NCBI GenBank assembly: GCA_050253075.1
Contig: JBFWJS010000004.1
Coordinates: 128,001 to 192,000 of the forward strand
Reading direction: 5' to 3'
From: Deferribacterales bacterium
GTDB lineage: Bacteria; Chrysiogenota; Deferribacteres; Deferribacterales; Geovibrionaceae
Length of the DNA: 64,000 bases
Shown: one piece after another, positions 36,798-48,114 of the stretch
Layout: the number at the start of each line of letters is the position of its first letter
Numbering within the stretch: the first letter of the stretch is position 1
The notes under the pieces: generated by a model
Seen by the model: the letters and a program-made list of their open reading frames with translations, nothing else
What the model was told of the DNA's origin: nothing
Database searches by the model: none
Made by a program: the position numbers and the translations under genes

Positions 36798-39016
36798 GCC
36801 TTCGGCATTCTGACCACAACCTCTATACCGTTCTCAATATTTGAAATGTTTATATCCCCGCCCATTTTATTAATCATCTGACCGCACATATACATGCCGA
36901 TGCCTGTACCTGTACTGCTTTTTGTAGTGTTATACGGCTCAAACATCTTTTCCATGACGCTTTCGGGGATGCCTCCGCAGTTGTCTCTGTATATGATAAC
37001 GAGCATGTCGCTCTCAGCATCTATAGACACCTGTATATCACCGCTGACTATAGGCTCGTATTCCTTCAGATGCCTTCTCTCCAGATACGCATCCTTTGAG
37101 TTATTAAAGAGGTTAAGGAATATCTGCTTCAGATCATTCGGGCTGCCTGTTATCTCCTCATCCGATTTGATCTCTATATGCATAGAGAGCCCTGCGGAGC
37201 TGTACTGATACTCCATCATCTTAAACAGTTTTGTGATAACGGCTGCAGGAGAATATTGTCTTACGTCGCTGGCAGGTTTAAAGAAATTTGAAAAATCGTC
37301 TATGGTGTCAGAGAGAAATTCGACCTGTTCGCCCATTTTCGAAACATAGTCCTGCAGGTCTTCTATACATCCCCCCCTCCCCTTCATAGTATCTTCGATG
37401 CATTCCTCCATCAGCCCTGATATAAGGCTCATGACATTGAGCGGCTGTTTCCACTGGTGAGTGATGGAGCGTATCATCTCGCCCATAGCAGACAGCTTTG
37501 CCTGCTGGGTTATTATTTGTTCTTTAAGTATGTTTTCGCTTTCGAGCTGTTTCCTGTCTGTCACGTCTCTTATAGATGTAAAGACCATCCTCTTGCCCTG
37601 ATAGTCGATAACCTTCGAGTGCAGCTCAGCTATAAAGACAGTGCCGTCCTTACGAAGCAGATCAGCTTCGAAATCGAGATAGCCCTGCTCGTGTATGAGG
37701 TTCGCAGTGGCACTCAGCTCTTCTGTAATGTCCATTGTATGAAGGTTTATGGGTTTCAGCTTCATCAATTCTTCTCTGCTGTAGCCGAACATTTCGACCA
37801 TCCTGTCATTCACCTCGATGAACTCTGTCGGCAGGTTTTCATCGTCGAAGTAATGTATGCAGAACCCTTCCGCCATACTGTTGAAAAGGTATTCATAACG
37901 CTTTTCAGAATCTGTTCTTTTTAAAACCTCAGCCTCAACCATCTTTTCCAGCTTATGCTGATAGCTCTCCAGCAGGGTTATATCGATGAATGAGACCACA
38001 TAAAGCGGCTTTTCACTGTCTATCTCCGTACCTTTTACACAAAAGATATGCTCTGCTCCCCCTTTCATCATCTTTACTTTATAGTCCACGCCTTCGTTTT
38101 TTATAATCTTTGTGACCCACCTGCCATCTTTCTTATCTTCACCCGTGAGGAAGTCTTTGCCTTCGGCTTCCTGGAAATAATCACAAATGCACAGCCCGCT
38201 CTCTACAAAAGCGGCGACATCCTTATACTGAGGGAAAAACTCGAAAAAGCAGGTATTGGTATCTATAAGAGTGTTACCCGTTGTGACCAGCACTATGTCC
38301 TTTTGTGCATCCAGAACGCTCCTTATGAACTGGTTCTTATCCTGATGCTCTTCTATGCTGTTTTGTATTGAACACCGTACACGTTCGAATTCTTTCAGGG
38401 AAAAGTTGGGCATCGTGCCTGCCGTGCCTTCGATAAAGCCTGCGATATTTTTTATAGGCACTATGATCAGCTTGTATTCCAGGAGTATGATGATAATAAA
38501 GACTACAACCCCGCCGATAAATACATACAGCAGGGAATGATGTGTATAGTAGAGCACTTCTTCGCGGAAATAATCCTTTTCCATCTGTCCGGTAATGTAA
38601 TACACGTCGACCTTTCCGTCGTGTTCATACACCACAGGCATAAAGTATTTCACATTGCTGAAGAGGTTCTCCATAGTGATATCGTTAATGTCGATAAGGT
38701 CGGAATCGCATTTCAGGTTCAGCCTGTTCCTTGTGGTGGAGAGCATTATGGTCTTTTCACTATCCAGCACATTTATCTCCTGAAGATACTGATTCACATT
38801 CTTCACTTCGTCCATCTTAGGCAGAAAGGACTGTATCTTCCCTGAATATAGATAGTCAGAGAATGTATAATTCAGTTCGTAGAATTCACGTTTAACATCG
38901 CTGATGACATGCCTTTTGAATATGGTCTGGCTGGATTCATAGTAATAGAACATGATGAGCACGAATCCGGCGATGAGAGCAAAGTATACAAGGAACCTAT
39001 AACGTATATATGTCAT
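36794..39016 (-). CDS. Membrane PAS-domain sensor histidine kinase
   Basis: Two TMs, PAS domain, H-box ITHQWKQPLN, N-box, DNCGGI and GTGIGMY motifs. Confidence 0.92.
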   Translation of the reverse strand: MTYIRYRFLVYFALIAGFVLIMFYYYESSQTIFKRHVISDVKREFYELNYTFSDYLYSGKIQSFLPKMDEVKNVNQYLQEINVLDSEKTIMLSTTRNRLNLKCDSDLIDINDITMENLFSNVKYFMPVVYEHDGKVDVYYITGQMEKDYFREEVLYYTHHSLLYVFIGGVVVFIIIILLEYKLIIVPIKNIAGFIEGTAGTMPNFSLKEFERVRCSIQNSIEEHQDKNQFIRSVLDAQKDIVLVTTGNTLIDTNTCFFEFFPQYKDVAAFVESGLCICDYFQEAEGKDFLTGEDKKDGRWVTKIIKNEGVDYKVKMMKGGAEHIFCVKGTEIDSEKPLYVVSFIDITLLESYQHKLEKMVEAEVLKRTDSEKRYEYLFNSMAEGFCIHYFDDENLPTEFIEVNDRMVEMFGYSREELMKLKPINLHTMDITEELSATANLIHEQGYLDFEADLLRKDGTVFIAELHSKVIDYQGKRMVFTSIRDVTDRKQLESENILKEQIITQQAKLSAMGEMIRSITHQWKQPLNVMSLISGLMEECIEDTMKGRGGCIEDLQDYVSKMGEQVEFLSDTIDDFSNFFKPASDVRQYSPAAVITKLFKMMEYQYSSAGLSMHIEIKSDEEITGSPNDLKQIFLNLFNNSKDAYLERRHLKEYEPIVSGDIQVSIDAESDMLVIIYRDNCGGIPESVMEKMFEPYNTTKSSTGTGIGMYMCGQMINKMGGDINISNIENGIEVVVRMPKA

Positions 39017-39755
39017 TTCAGCACCTTGTCATACGGCATACCGATCATATCCAGCCCTTTTTTAAGGCTGTCGTTCAGCTCTCCGGTTATCCACTCAATA
39101 TCATCTAAAGACTCAAAGAATTCATCATATGTCAGCCCGTCCAGATAAGGCAGAACTGTGATGTAGTACTCCATCGGATCATTTTTCAAGACATCCAGAG
39201 CCCTGTTGAATAGGGTTCATATGTAACCATGATGAGTTTATCAGCCGCAGGCTGCAGCTTAGAGATATTGAACTGATTCATGTTTATAAGGTTCAGCTCA
39301 CAGTCGCCCAGATCATACTTCTCGACAAACCGCTGAAATATAATGGAGTTTATCGTCTGCAGCTCCAGATAAACGTCTATCCTGCCGTGCAGGTTGTCCT
39401 TATCTGTTATATCAAAGTTACTGAGGACAACATCGCCCCCTTTAGAGACCTCTATGAGTATCACAGGCACTGTGGATTCTTTAAGCAGGTTTGAGTGACG
39501 GTATTCGTATTGGGTTCCGCAGAAGCCGTCTGTTATCCCAGCCTGAAACATCTTAACGCTCTCCTCCAGTGAAACCACGCTGTGAAACTCTATCTCGCTG
39601 TCCATCCAGCCCTTCTCTTTTACATAATACACAGGGGAATAGCCTATCCAGCTATTGAGAGATATCCGCAGCTTGCTTTCGTTATGATTTCCGCAGCCGT
39701 ATATAAAAAAAACAGACATGCATAAACATAATAATAATATATATAGTCTTCTCAT
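39013..39755 (-). pseudogene. ABC-type (NMT1/SsuA-like) substrate-binding lipoprotein, frameshifted
   Basis: The ORF with WIGYSP stops at 39186; another frame continues NRALDVLKNDP...YDKVLK to a TGA overlapping the kinase ATG. Confidence 0.7.
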
Positions 39756-39876
39756 AACCCACCTTGTGTATATATTAATATTTTACCACTTATAGAATAT
39801 TTAACAAATTATTCATGTGTATTAATTAACATCGTAAGTATTGGTCAGATAAGAGAATGATTTACAAAAATAGGAC

Positions 39877-39906
39877 AAAAAAAGCCCGTTCAAACGAACG
39901 GGCTTT
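39877..39906 (-). terminator. Terminator after secF
   Basis: AAAGCCCGTTC-aaac-GAACGGGCTTT with an A run. Confidence 0.8.
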
Positions 39907-39934
39907 CTCTAAATATTAATATGTATCAAACAGT

Positions 39935-40852
39935 CTATTCGGCTGCTTCAGCCTTAAGCTGTTTCTTCTTTGCGAGGAGATAAACGAACGCACTGGCGAT
40001 ACCTATGGAAGAGTATGTACCGACAATAATACCGATAAGCAGTGCGAAAGCAAATCCGTTGATAACAGCTCCGCCGAAGATGTAAAGAGATGCAACGGCA
40101 AGAAGTGTCGTACCGGATGTAAGTATCGTACGGCTGAGGGTTTCGTTTATCGATCTGTTGATGATAGCCTTAAACCCGACCTGACCTTTTGTCTCTTTCA
40201 TATTTTCACGGATACGGTCAAACACAACGATGGTGTCGTTCAGCGAGTAACCAACGATGGTAAGGAGCGCAGCGATGATAGTAAGGCTGATCTCTTTACC
40301 CGCAAGGCTGAAAATACCGAGCGTGATGATAACGTCGTGAGTAAGCGCAAGCACGGCACCGACAGCAAAAGCAAGCTGGAATCTAAAAGCGATGTATATA
40401 AGAACACCGATAAGTGAATAGATAACAGCGTATGTAGCTTTGCTCTTCAGCTCAGAGCCGACCTGCGGACCGACCTGCTCTACCCTTTCCACGATGAACT
40501 TGTTCTCGGGAAAAGTTGTAGTAAGGCTGTCCTTTATGTTGTTTGCGACTTTGTTAAGGTCGCCTTCGTTCTTTTCAACACGGATGAGGATCTCTTCGGG
40601 AGCACCGAAGTTCTGGATCACTACCTCACCGAGCTTAAGCTCGTCCATAGTCTTTCTGATATCGTCCACATTGGGGGCAGTCTCGAATTGCAGCTGGATG
40701 ATAGTACCACCGGCGAAATCGATACCAAAGTTAAATCCCTTTGTTACCACGATACCTATACTAAGAACACATACAAGACCTGATATGATGAAGAATATCT
40801 TGGCCTTGGACATGAAATCAAATCTTGTTCCTTGTTTTATCAACTCAAACAT
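39935..40852 (-). CDS. secF: Protein translocase subunit SecF
   Basis: GIDFAGG and GYSLNDTIVVFDRIRE motifs. Confidence 0.96.
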   Translation of the reverse strand: MFELIKQGTRFDFMSKAKIFFIISGLVCVLSIGIVVTKGFNFGIDFAGGTIIQLQFETAPNVDDIRKTMDELKLGEVVIQNFGAPEEILIRVEKNEGDLNKVANNIKDSLTTTFPENKFIVERVEQVGPQVGSELKSKATYAVIYSLIGVLIYIAFRFQLAFAVGAVLALTHDVIITLGIFSLAGKEISLTIIAALLTIVGYSLNDTIVVFDRIRENMKETKGQVGFKAIINRSINETLSRTILTSGTTLLAVASLYIFGGAVINGFAFALLIGIIVGTYSSIGIASAFVYLLAKKKQLKAEAAE

Positions 40853-40867
40853 TATTTATACCTCGAC

Positions 40868-42412
40868 CTAGATACTCAGTTTATTCACATCTTTGCCGGT
40901 CAGGAATGTCCAGAAGACAGCCTTAGTGACGAAGATAGCCGTGAACAGCGATGCCAGGATACCGATAGACAGTGTAACGGCAAATCCTTTAATAGGACCT
41001 GTACCGAACTGGAACAGTACGATGGCAGCGATGATTGTTGTTATGTTTGCATCCATAATGGTGGAGAAGGCTTTCTCGTAGCCGTACTCCAGAGCATTAA
41101 GAGGCGTACGCCCCATACGGAGCTCTTCACGCACACGCTCAAAGATAAGAACGTTCGCATCCACAGACATACCGATGGTCAGGATGATACCTGCGATACC
41201 GGGGAGCGTCAGTGTAGCGCCGAACTGGCTCATTATACCGAGGATAATGATAAAGTTTGTGGCGAGCGCGATGTTAGCAACCAGACCTGAAAGACGGTAG
41301 TATATAGCCATGAATATAACGATAAGTGCGAGACCGATACCGGCCGCCTTTATACCGCTATTGATGGAGTCCTGACCGAGGGATGGTCCTACTGTCCTGT
41401 TTTCCTCGATGGAAACAGGAGCAGGGAGAGAACCGGCTCTCAGAACGATAGCGAGGTCTTTAGCCTCTGCCAGAGTATCTATACCGTCGATGTATGCAGA
41501 GCCTCCGGGTATCCGAGAACGGATAACGGGAGCAGAGTATACGTTGTCGTCAAGGACGATGGCCATACGGTTGCCTATGTTGTCTGCTGTGATCTCTTCG
41601 AAGAGTTTGCTGCCTGCTGCGTCCAGGCTGAACTGAACGATAGGCGTGTTGTAAGAGTTGCTGAAGCTGACCTCAGCATCCACAAGATACTCTCCTGTGA
41701 GCACGGCATCCTTTTTAACCACGAAAGGCACACGTCCGATAGTGTTCCCCTGTGCGTCTGTCTGCTTCTGATAGAGGATGATATCGTCAAAGGGGATATT
41801 CCCGCCCTCAGCTTCCTGAGCGCTGACGTTGTCGTCCACTATATAGAATTTAAGCTGTGCAGTCTTACCGATGAGGCCGATAGCCCTGTCCGGGTCAGTA
41901 ACACCGGGGAGCTGTACCACAACGGAGCTCTTGCCCTGTCTCTGAATGATGGGTTCGGACACGCCGAATTCGTCGATACGGTTACGTACGACCTCGAGAG
42001 ACTGATCAACAGCATATTCTCTAACCCTGTCGACTGTCTGGGAATCGAGCATAAAGGAGAGTGTGTTCTCCTTGCCTATGCTGATGTCCTGAAGCGACGG
42101 ATAATTATCTGCTATAAGTGCCTTTGCTTTTTCAAAAGCCTCCGGTGATTTCAGAGAGACTGAAAGGCTCTTCATGTCTGTTTTCTGTACGAAAGCAAAA
42201 TCAATTTTTTCTGTAGCCAGCTCTTTTCTGAGCTGATTGGCGATGGCTTCGACCTTTGCCTCAACGGCTTTGTCTGTGTCCACCCCGAGCACAACATGCA
42301 TACCGCCCTGAAGGTCAAGACCGAGCTTGAGCTTCTCGTTCAGCGGAAACATGGAAAAGATGGTCCACGCCAGGACTACGATAATAAATGCCCAACGGAG
42401 TTTGAGGTTCAT
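40868..42412 (-). CDS. secD: Protein translocase subunit SecD
   Basis: LGLDLQGG and DANVLIFER motifs. Confidence 0.96.
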   Translation of the reverse strand: MNLKLRWAFIIVVLAWTIFSMFPLNEKLKLGLDLQGGMHVVLGVDTDKAVEAKVEAIANQLRKELATEKIDFAFVQKTDMKSLSVSLKSPEAFEKAKALIADNYPSLQDISIGKENTLSFMLDSQTVDRVREYAVDQSLEVVRNRIDEFGVSEPIIQRQGKSSVVVQLPGVTDPDRAIGLIGKTAQLKFYIVDDNVSAQEAEGGNIPFDDIILYQKQTDAQGNTIGRVPFVVKKDAVLTGEYLVDAEVSFSNSYNTPIVQFSLDAAGSKLFEEITADNIGNRMAIVLDDNVYSAPVIRSRIPGGSAYIDGIDTLAEAKDLAIVLRAGSLPAPVSIEENRTVGPSLGQDSINSGIKAAGIGLALIVIFMAIYYRLSGLVANIALATNFIIILGIMSQFGATLTLPGIAGIILTIGMSVDANVLIFERVREELRMGRTPLNALEYGYEKAFSTIMDANITTIIAAIVLFQFGTGPIKGFAVTLSIGILASLFTAIFVTKAVFWTFLTGKDVNKLSI

Positions 42413-42414
42413 AC

Positions 42415-42744
42415 TTACTTTTTCTCCTCTGCGGTTTCGCCGTTTACCTTCTGGGCGATACCGTTCTTAGCAAGTTTGATAGTAACGCCAGCGGCGATCT
42501 CTACTATGTATGTATTGTTGTCTATTACTTTCAGAACTTTGCCGTAGATGCCGCCTCCTGTCATGATCTCATCGCCTGCTGCGATAGAGTTAAGCATGCT
42601 CATGTGCTGCTTCTGCTTTTTCTGCTGTGGTCTGATAAGCAAAAAGTAGAAAATTGCGAATATAAGGATAAGTGGAATGAATGGAGCGAACGGGCTTCCC
42701 TGTGCTGCTGCACCGTCTGCTGCGTATGCGATACTGTTAAACAT
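42415..42744 (-). CDS. yajC: Preprotein translocase subunit YajC
   Basis: FYFLLIRPQQKKQK and GDEIMTGGGIYG motifs. Confidence 0.93.
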   Translation of the reverse strand: MFNSIAYAADGAAAQGSPFAPFIPLILIFAIFYFLLIRPQQKKQKQHMSMLNSIAAGDEIMTGGGIYGKVLKVIDNNTYIVEIAAGVTIKLAKNGIAQKVNGETAEEKK

Positions 42745-43914
<1,170 letters not shown>

Positions 43915-43994
43915 TTATTTATTTTCTATCAGGCGACCGTAGGAAGCCGTTAAGTCTGCAAATTTAAAATGCGTTCACAGTGTTGTGTCATGCC

Positions 43995-45089
43995 TCAAGG
44001 CGCTGCCTTGATATACATTGCATCGCCGTAGCTGAAGAATTTATATCCGTTCGCCTTGGCGTGTTCGTATGCTTTCAGCATGTTTTCCCTGCCTGCCAGC
44101 TGGCTCACCAGCACGAAGAGTGTGGACTTGGGCAGATGGAAGTTAGTGATAAGCTCACTTATCACCTGAAATCTGTATCCGGGTTTGATGAAGAGGTTAG
44201 TCTCTCCGTACCCTGCTTTTATCATACCATTTTCGGCAGAGGATTCCAGCGCACGCACAGCAGTCGTCCCCACGGCGACGAGCTTCTTCCCCTCTTTTAA
44301 GAGACAGTTGATACGCTCGGAAGTTTCCTCGGATATATAGTATTTCTCCGTATGCATGTCGTGGTCTTCGAGATAGTGTGCTTTAACAGGGCGGAATGTA
44401 CCTATCCCTATATTCAGCGTAACTTCGAGAACCTCTATCCCCTTTGCCTTCACGGCGGACATTATCTCCGGAGTGAAGTGCAGCCCGGCCGTCGGCGCAG
44501 CCACAGAGCCCTCATCCTTTGAGTATATCGTCTGATAGCGTTCCGCATCGGATTCATTATCCGAACGCTCTATATAAGGAGGCAGAGGCATGTGCCCGCA
44601 CTCCTCCATGACACTGCTCACATCCGAGTCGAACTCTATTATGCGTGAGCCGTCTTCGAGTATCTCTGTAACTGTTGCTTTATATTTATCGACGAGAACT
44701 TCCGTCCCCTCTTTGACCTTGCCTTTGGTGATGGCCATCGCCCTGTTTTCAGACAGCTTTTCCAGGATGAGTATCTCTACCTGTCCGCCGGTCGGCTTAT
44801 TGCCGTATATACGGGCCTTCATGACCTTTGTGCTGTTCACCACGAGGAAAGAATTTTCATCTATAAGGTCTACGATATCCGTAAATACCTTATCGGAAAA
44901 GTCATTCTGAACAGGGTGAAGAGTCTGCTTTTCAAATGTTTCAGATCCTTCGGGTATCCCCTCAGGATGACTGTTTTTATTCACGACGAGCAGCTTAGAC
45001 ATCCCCCTCTTTTCAGCGGGGAACTGGGCTATCATCTCATCAGGCAGTTCAAAATCGAAGTCTGATATCGGTGTTCTTATCTCAGACAT
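43995..45089 (-). CDS. queA: S-adenosylmethionine:tRNA ribosyltransferase-isomerase
   Basis: DFDFELP, PLPPYI, SVAAPTAGLHF, TNFHLPKSTL and FFSYGDAM motifs. Confidence 0.96.
   Translation of the reverse strand: MSEIRTPISDFDFELPDEMIAQFPAEKRGMSKLLVVNKNSHPEGIPEGSETFEKQTLHPVQNDFSDKVFTDIVDLIDENSFLVVNSTKVMKARIYGNKPTGGQVEILILEKLSENRAMAITKGKVKEGTEVLVDKYKATVTEILEDGSRIIEFDSDVSSVMEECGHMPLPPYIERSDNESDAERYQTIYSKDEGSVAAPTAGLHFTPEIMSAVKAKGIEVLEVTLNIGIGTFRPVKAHYLEDHDMHTEKYYISEETSERINCLLKEGKKLVAVGTTAVRALESSAENGMIKAGYGETNLFIKPGYRFQVISELITNFHLPKSTLFVLVSQLAGRENMLKAYEHAKANGYKFFSYGDAMYIKAAP
44901..44971. repeat. REP-like palindromic element inserted in frame in queA
   Basis: GTCATTCTGA...TCAGGATGAC termini as in the intergenic copy at 46523. 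Confidence 0.8.
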
Positions 45090-46455
45090 TAGAGGCAACG
45101 AATTCCTTCACCTTATCCAGATCGTTCTCTATCACGGAGCATCTTTTCTCCAGCGATTCCAGCTTTGCTATCCCTTCAGGCTTTTCGGGTGCTTTGCCTG
45201 TGGCTTTTACAACCACATCGGGGAATTTCGCAGGGTGCGCAGTAGAGAGACAGACATAGTCTGCATCAGCCAGCTCAAGTGCCGCCGCCACACCGCAGGC
45301 AGTGTGAGGGTCGAGAACGTATCCTGTGGATTCGTAGAATGATTTTATTGTTGATTCTGTCAGTTCGTTTGATGTGGAGAATGTGCCGAATTCAGCGTGA
45401 ACCTTCTCCATGTCACTGTCAGAAAATGTTATTTTTCCGTTTGCTTTCAGCTCTGCCATCTTTTCACGGATGACTGCGGAGTCTTTTCCGTAGAGGAAGT
45501 AGAGATATCTCTCAAAGTTTGAAGCTATCTGTATATCCATAGACGGGCTGTATGTCTGCACCACTTCCTTTGTGCTGTAGTCGCCGTCTTTGATGAACCT
45601 TGCAAGGATGTTGTTCTCGTTTGTGGCGAGTATCATCTTATCCAGAGGGAGCCCCATCTGCTTTGCAAAGTATCCTGCGAATATATTGCCGAAGTTGCCT
45701 GTGGGAACGATGAAGCGAACCTTCTCCGCACCCTGCTTCTGCGCCTGAAAGTATCCGTAGAAGTAATATACTATCTGTGCCAGCACACGTGCCCAGTTTA
45801 TGGAGTTCACTGCGCCCAGCTTATATTTCTTTTTATAGTCTATGTCGCCGAATGCCGCTTTAACGATATCCTGCGCATCGTCGAACGTCCCTTCGATGGC
45901 GAGGTTATAAACGTTTGCATCGGTGACGGATGTCATCTGCATCTCCTGCACTGCGCTCACACGTCCTTTCGGATGCAGGATAAAGATGTTTATATTATCC
46001 TTTCCTCTGACGCCGTATATAGCAGCAGAGCCTGTATCGCCGGATGTAGCTCCGATGATGTTGAGCTGCTCGTTGCGCTCTTTGAGGATGTATTCAAACA
46101 GATTACCCAGAAGCTGAAGAGCGACATCTTTGAAAGCGAATGTCGGCCCGTGGAAGAGCTCCTGAATGTATACGCCCCCCTTTTTCACAACTGGTGCGAC
46201 CTCAGGGGTTTCAAATGTTGAGTAGCTTTTCTCTATCAGCGTTCTCAGGTCAGATTCAGGGATGTCGGTGGCAAAGAGGGATATGATCTCATAAGCCAGC
46301 TCTTTATACGAGAGCGTGGCGAGCTTATCCAGCTTTTCTGCGACAGACGGGACAGTCTCGGGGAGGAGGAGTCCTCCGTCCTCTGCGAGCCCCATCATAA
46401 CGGCATCTTTGAAAGAAACCTTCTCAGTTTTTCCTCTTGTGCTGATATATTTCAT
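45082..46455 (-). CDS. thrC: Threonine synthase
   Basis: MKYISTRG, ELFHGPTFAFKD, ATSGDTG and NSINWAR motifs. Confidence 0.96.
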   Translation of the reverse strand: MKYISTRGKTEKVSFKDAVMMGLAEDGGLLLPETVPSVAEKLDKLATLSYKELAYEIISLFATDIPESDLRTLIEKSYSTFETPEVAPVVKKGGVYIQELFHGPTFAFKDVALQLLGNLFEYILKERNEQLNIIGATSGDTGSAAIYGVRGKDNINIFILHPKGRVSAVQEMQMTSVTDANVYNLAIEGTFDDAQDIVKAAFGDIDYKKKYKLGAVNSINWARVLAQIVYYFYGYFQAQKQGAEKVRFIVPTGNFGNIFAGYFAKQMGLPLDKMILATNENNILARFIKDGDYSTKEVVQTYSPSMDIQIASNFERYLYFLYGKDSAVIREKMAELKANGKITFSDSDMEKVHAEFGTFSTSNELTESTIKSFYESTGYVLDPHTACGVAAALELADADYVCLSTAHPAKFPDVVVKATGKAPEKPEGIAKLESLEKRCSVIENDLDKVKEFVASNV

Positions 46456-46522
46456 TTGAAACCTCATTAAACAGTTAGAGGGGACATCTCTGTCCCCTCG
46501 TTTATATAGCATATAAATTATT

Positions 46523-46600
46523 GTCATTCTGAGGAATATCATGACGAAGAATCTAAAAGCAACAGAGTGCCCAGATCCTTCGCTTATCGCTCAGGATGAC
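46523..46600. repeat. REP-like palindromic element
   Basis: GTCATTCTGAG...CTCAGGATGAC. Confidence 0.8.
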
Positions 46601-46613
46601 GTTTTATATAGTC

Positions 46614-47027
46614 TTAGACCAGTTCGAGTTCGGAGAAGAAGAAAGCCATCTCGTAAGCGGCTGTCTCAGGAGCATCAGAACCGTGTGTTGCGTTGTTGTC
46701 GATGCTTACGCCGAATTCTTTTCTAAGTGTGCCTTCTGCAGCGTCTTTAGGGTTTGTAGCACCCATAAGGTCTCTCCATGCTTTGATAGCGCCCTCTTTC
46801 TCAAGTATCATAACGACACAAGGACCGGAGCACATGAAATCTGTGAGCTCGCCGTAGAATGGTCTCTCTTTATGTACAGCGTAGAAGCCTTCAGCCTCTT
46901 TTTTAGAAAGGTGGATCTTTTTAAGTCCGATAACTTTGAATCCTTCTTTCTCGATTCTTGTGAGGATAGCTCCTGCGTTGCCTGCTGCTGTAGCATCAGG
47001 TTTGATGATTGCGAATGTTCTTTCCAT
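46614..47027 (-). CDS. ndk: Nucleoside diphosphate kinase
   Basis: [11 protein letters not shown] and NATHGSD motifs. Confidence 0.97.
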   Translation of the reverse strand: MERTFAIIKPDATAAGNAGAILTRIEKEGFKVIGLKKIHLSKKEAEGFYAVHKERPFYGELTDFMCSGPCVVMILEKEGAIKAWRDLMGATNPKDAAEGTLRKEFGVSIDNNATHGSDAPETAAYEMAFFFSELELV

Positions 47028-47128
47028 TATCTTAACCTCTAAAAGTGTAATTATTTTATTAAGCTCAGATTCATTAGCATACTGAACGTCTATAATCAAG
47101 ACATATATATTTCAAGCCTCGGCAATGG

Positions 47129-47201
47129 GGCATCCTGAATGAAATGAAGGATCTGATACCGATTTTCGAAACAGATTCTTCGCCTTTCGTCTCAGAATGA
47201 C
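47129..47201. repeat. REP-like palindromic element
   Basis: GGCATCCTGA...CTCAGAATGAC with GAAGGATCTG / CAGATTCTTC inner stem. Confidence 0.75.
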
Positions 47202-47211
47202 AAAAACTGAC

Positions 47212-47559
47212 CTAGTGCTTTACTATAAGCGCAAGGAATGTGAGCGGTTCGAGGGTGTCGTTTTCCAGAGAGTGATTCTCACCGTCTTTGGTAACGGTGA
47301 GGTCGCCTGCTGTGACTCTCTCTAACTGGCCGTTGTCGTTAAATCTGCCTTCTCCGTCAAGGATAAGGTAAAACTCCATATCACCGCTGTGTCCGTGATA
47401 TCCTATAGAACTGCCAGGCTCGAGCTGCATCATGGCGAAGTTTGTTATCTCGCCGTTGAATCCTGCCGCCGCTTCATAAGCCATACGCATAGCTTTGCCT
47501 GTTCCGCCTCTGGGCTTTTCCATAGTCTGCTGTTCGAGTTCCTGTCCTCTTATTATCAC
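47212..47559 (-). CDS. Cupin domain protein
   Basis: PGSSIGYHGH...EFYLILDGEG and GENHSLEN motifs; GTG start after GAGGAG. Confidence 0.85.
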   Translation of the reverse strand: MIIRGQELEQQTMEKPRGGTGKAMRMAYEAAAGFNGEITNFAMMQLEPGSSIGYHGHSGDMEFYLILDGEGRFNDNGQLERVTAGDLTVTKDGENHSLENDTLEPLTFLALIVKH

Positions 47560-47627
47560 GATAATGCTCCTCAAGTATCAGTTTAGTATTGTTATATTAA
47601 TGTATGGCTGATTTGTAAAGTTGAGAT

Positions 47628-47704
47628 GTTGCCATGAGTAAAACGAAGGACCTGAACCCGATGCGAGCTTTCAGATTCTTCGTCATGCCATTCCTCAGAA
47701 TGAC
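47628..47704. repeat. Degenerate REP-like palindromic element
   Basis: Right end CAGATTCTTCG...CCTCAGAATGAC. Confidence 0.65.
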
Positions 47705-47718
47705 TTTAAATAAAGGCT

Positions 47719-48114
47719 TTACCTTGCCTCTCCTGCTTTCTTTAATGCCCACTTGAACCCAATAGACACTGATTAATCAAAAGCTAATTCTCAATCCTAG
47801 AGAATTAGCTCTACACTCAGCAGGAACAAGTACCTGCCTCGTTTACGCTCCATTAAAACCTGCGGTTCATTCCGCAAGGCACATCCTGTGGCTTATCGGG
47901 CCTCTCCTGCTTTTTTGAGTGCCCATTTGAACCCAATAGGCACTGATTAATCTAGAGCTAATTCTCAATCCTAGAGAATTAGCTCTACACTCCGCAGGAA
48001 CAAGTACCTGCCTCGTTTACGCTCCATTAAAACCTGCGGTTCATTCCGCGAGGCACATCCTGTGCCTTATCGGGCCTCTCCTGCTTTTTTGAGTGCCCAT
48101 TTAAACCCAATAGG
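47719..48114. repeat. 174-bp tandem repeat (about 2.3 units) including the antiporter gene 3' end
   Basis: Units start at 47719, 47893 and 48067; each begins with the reverse complement of ...IGFKWALKKAGEAR*. Confidence 0.9.
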
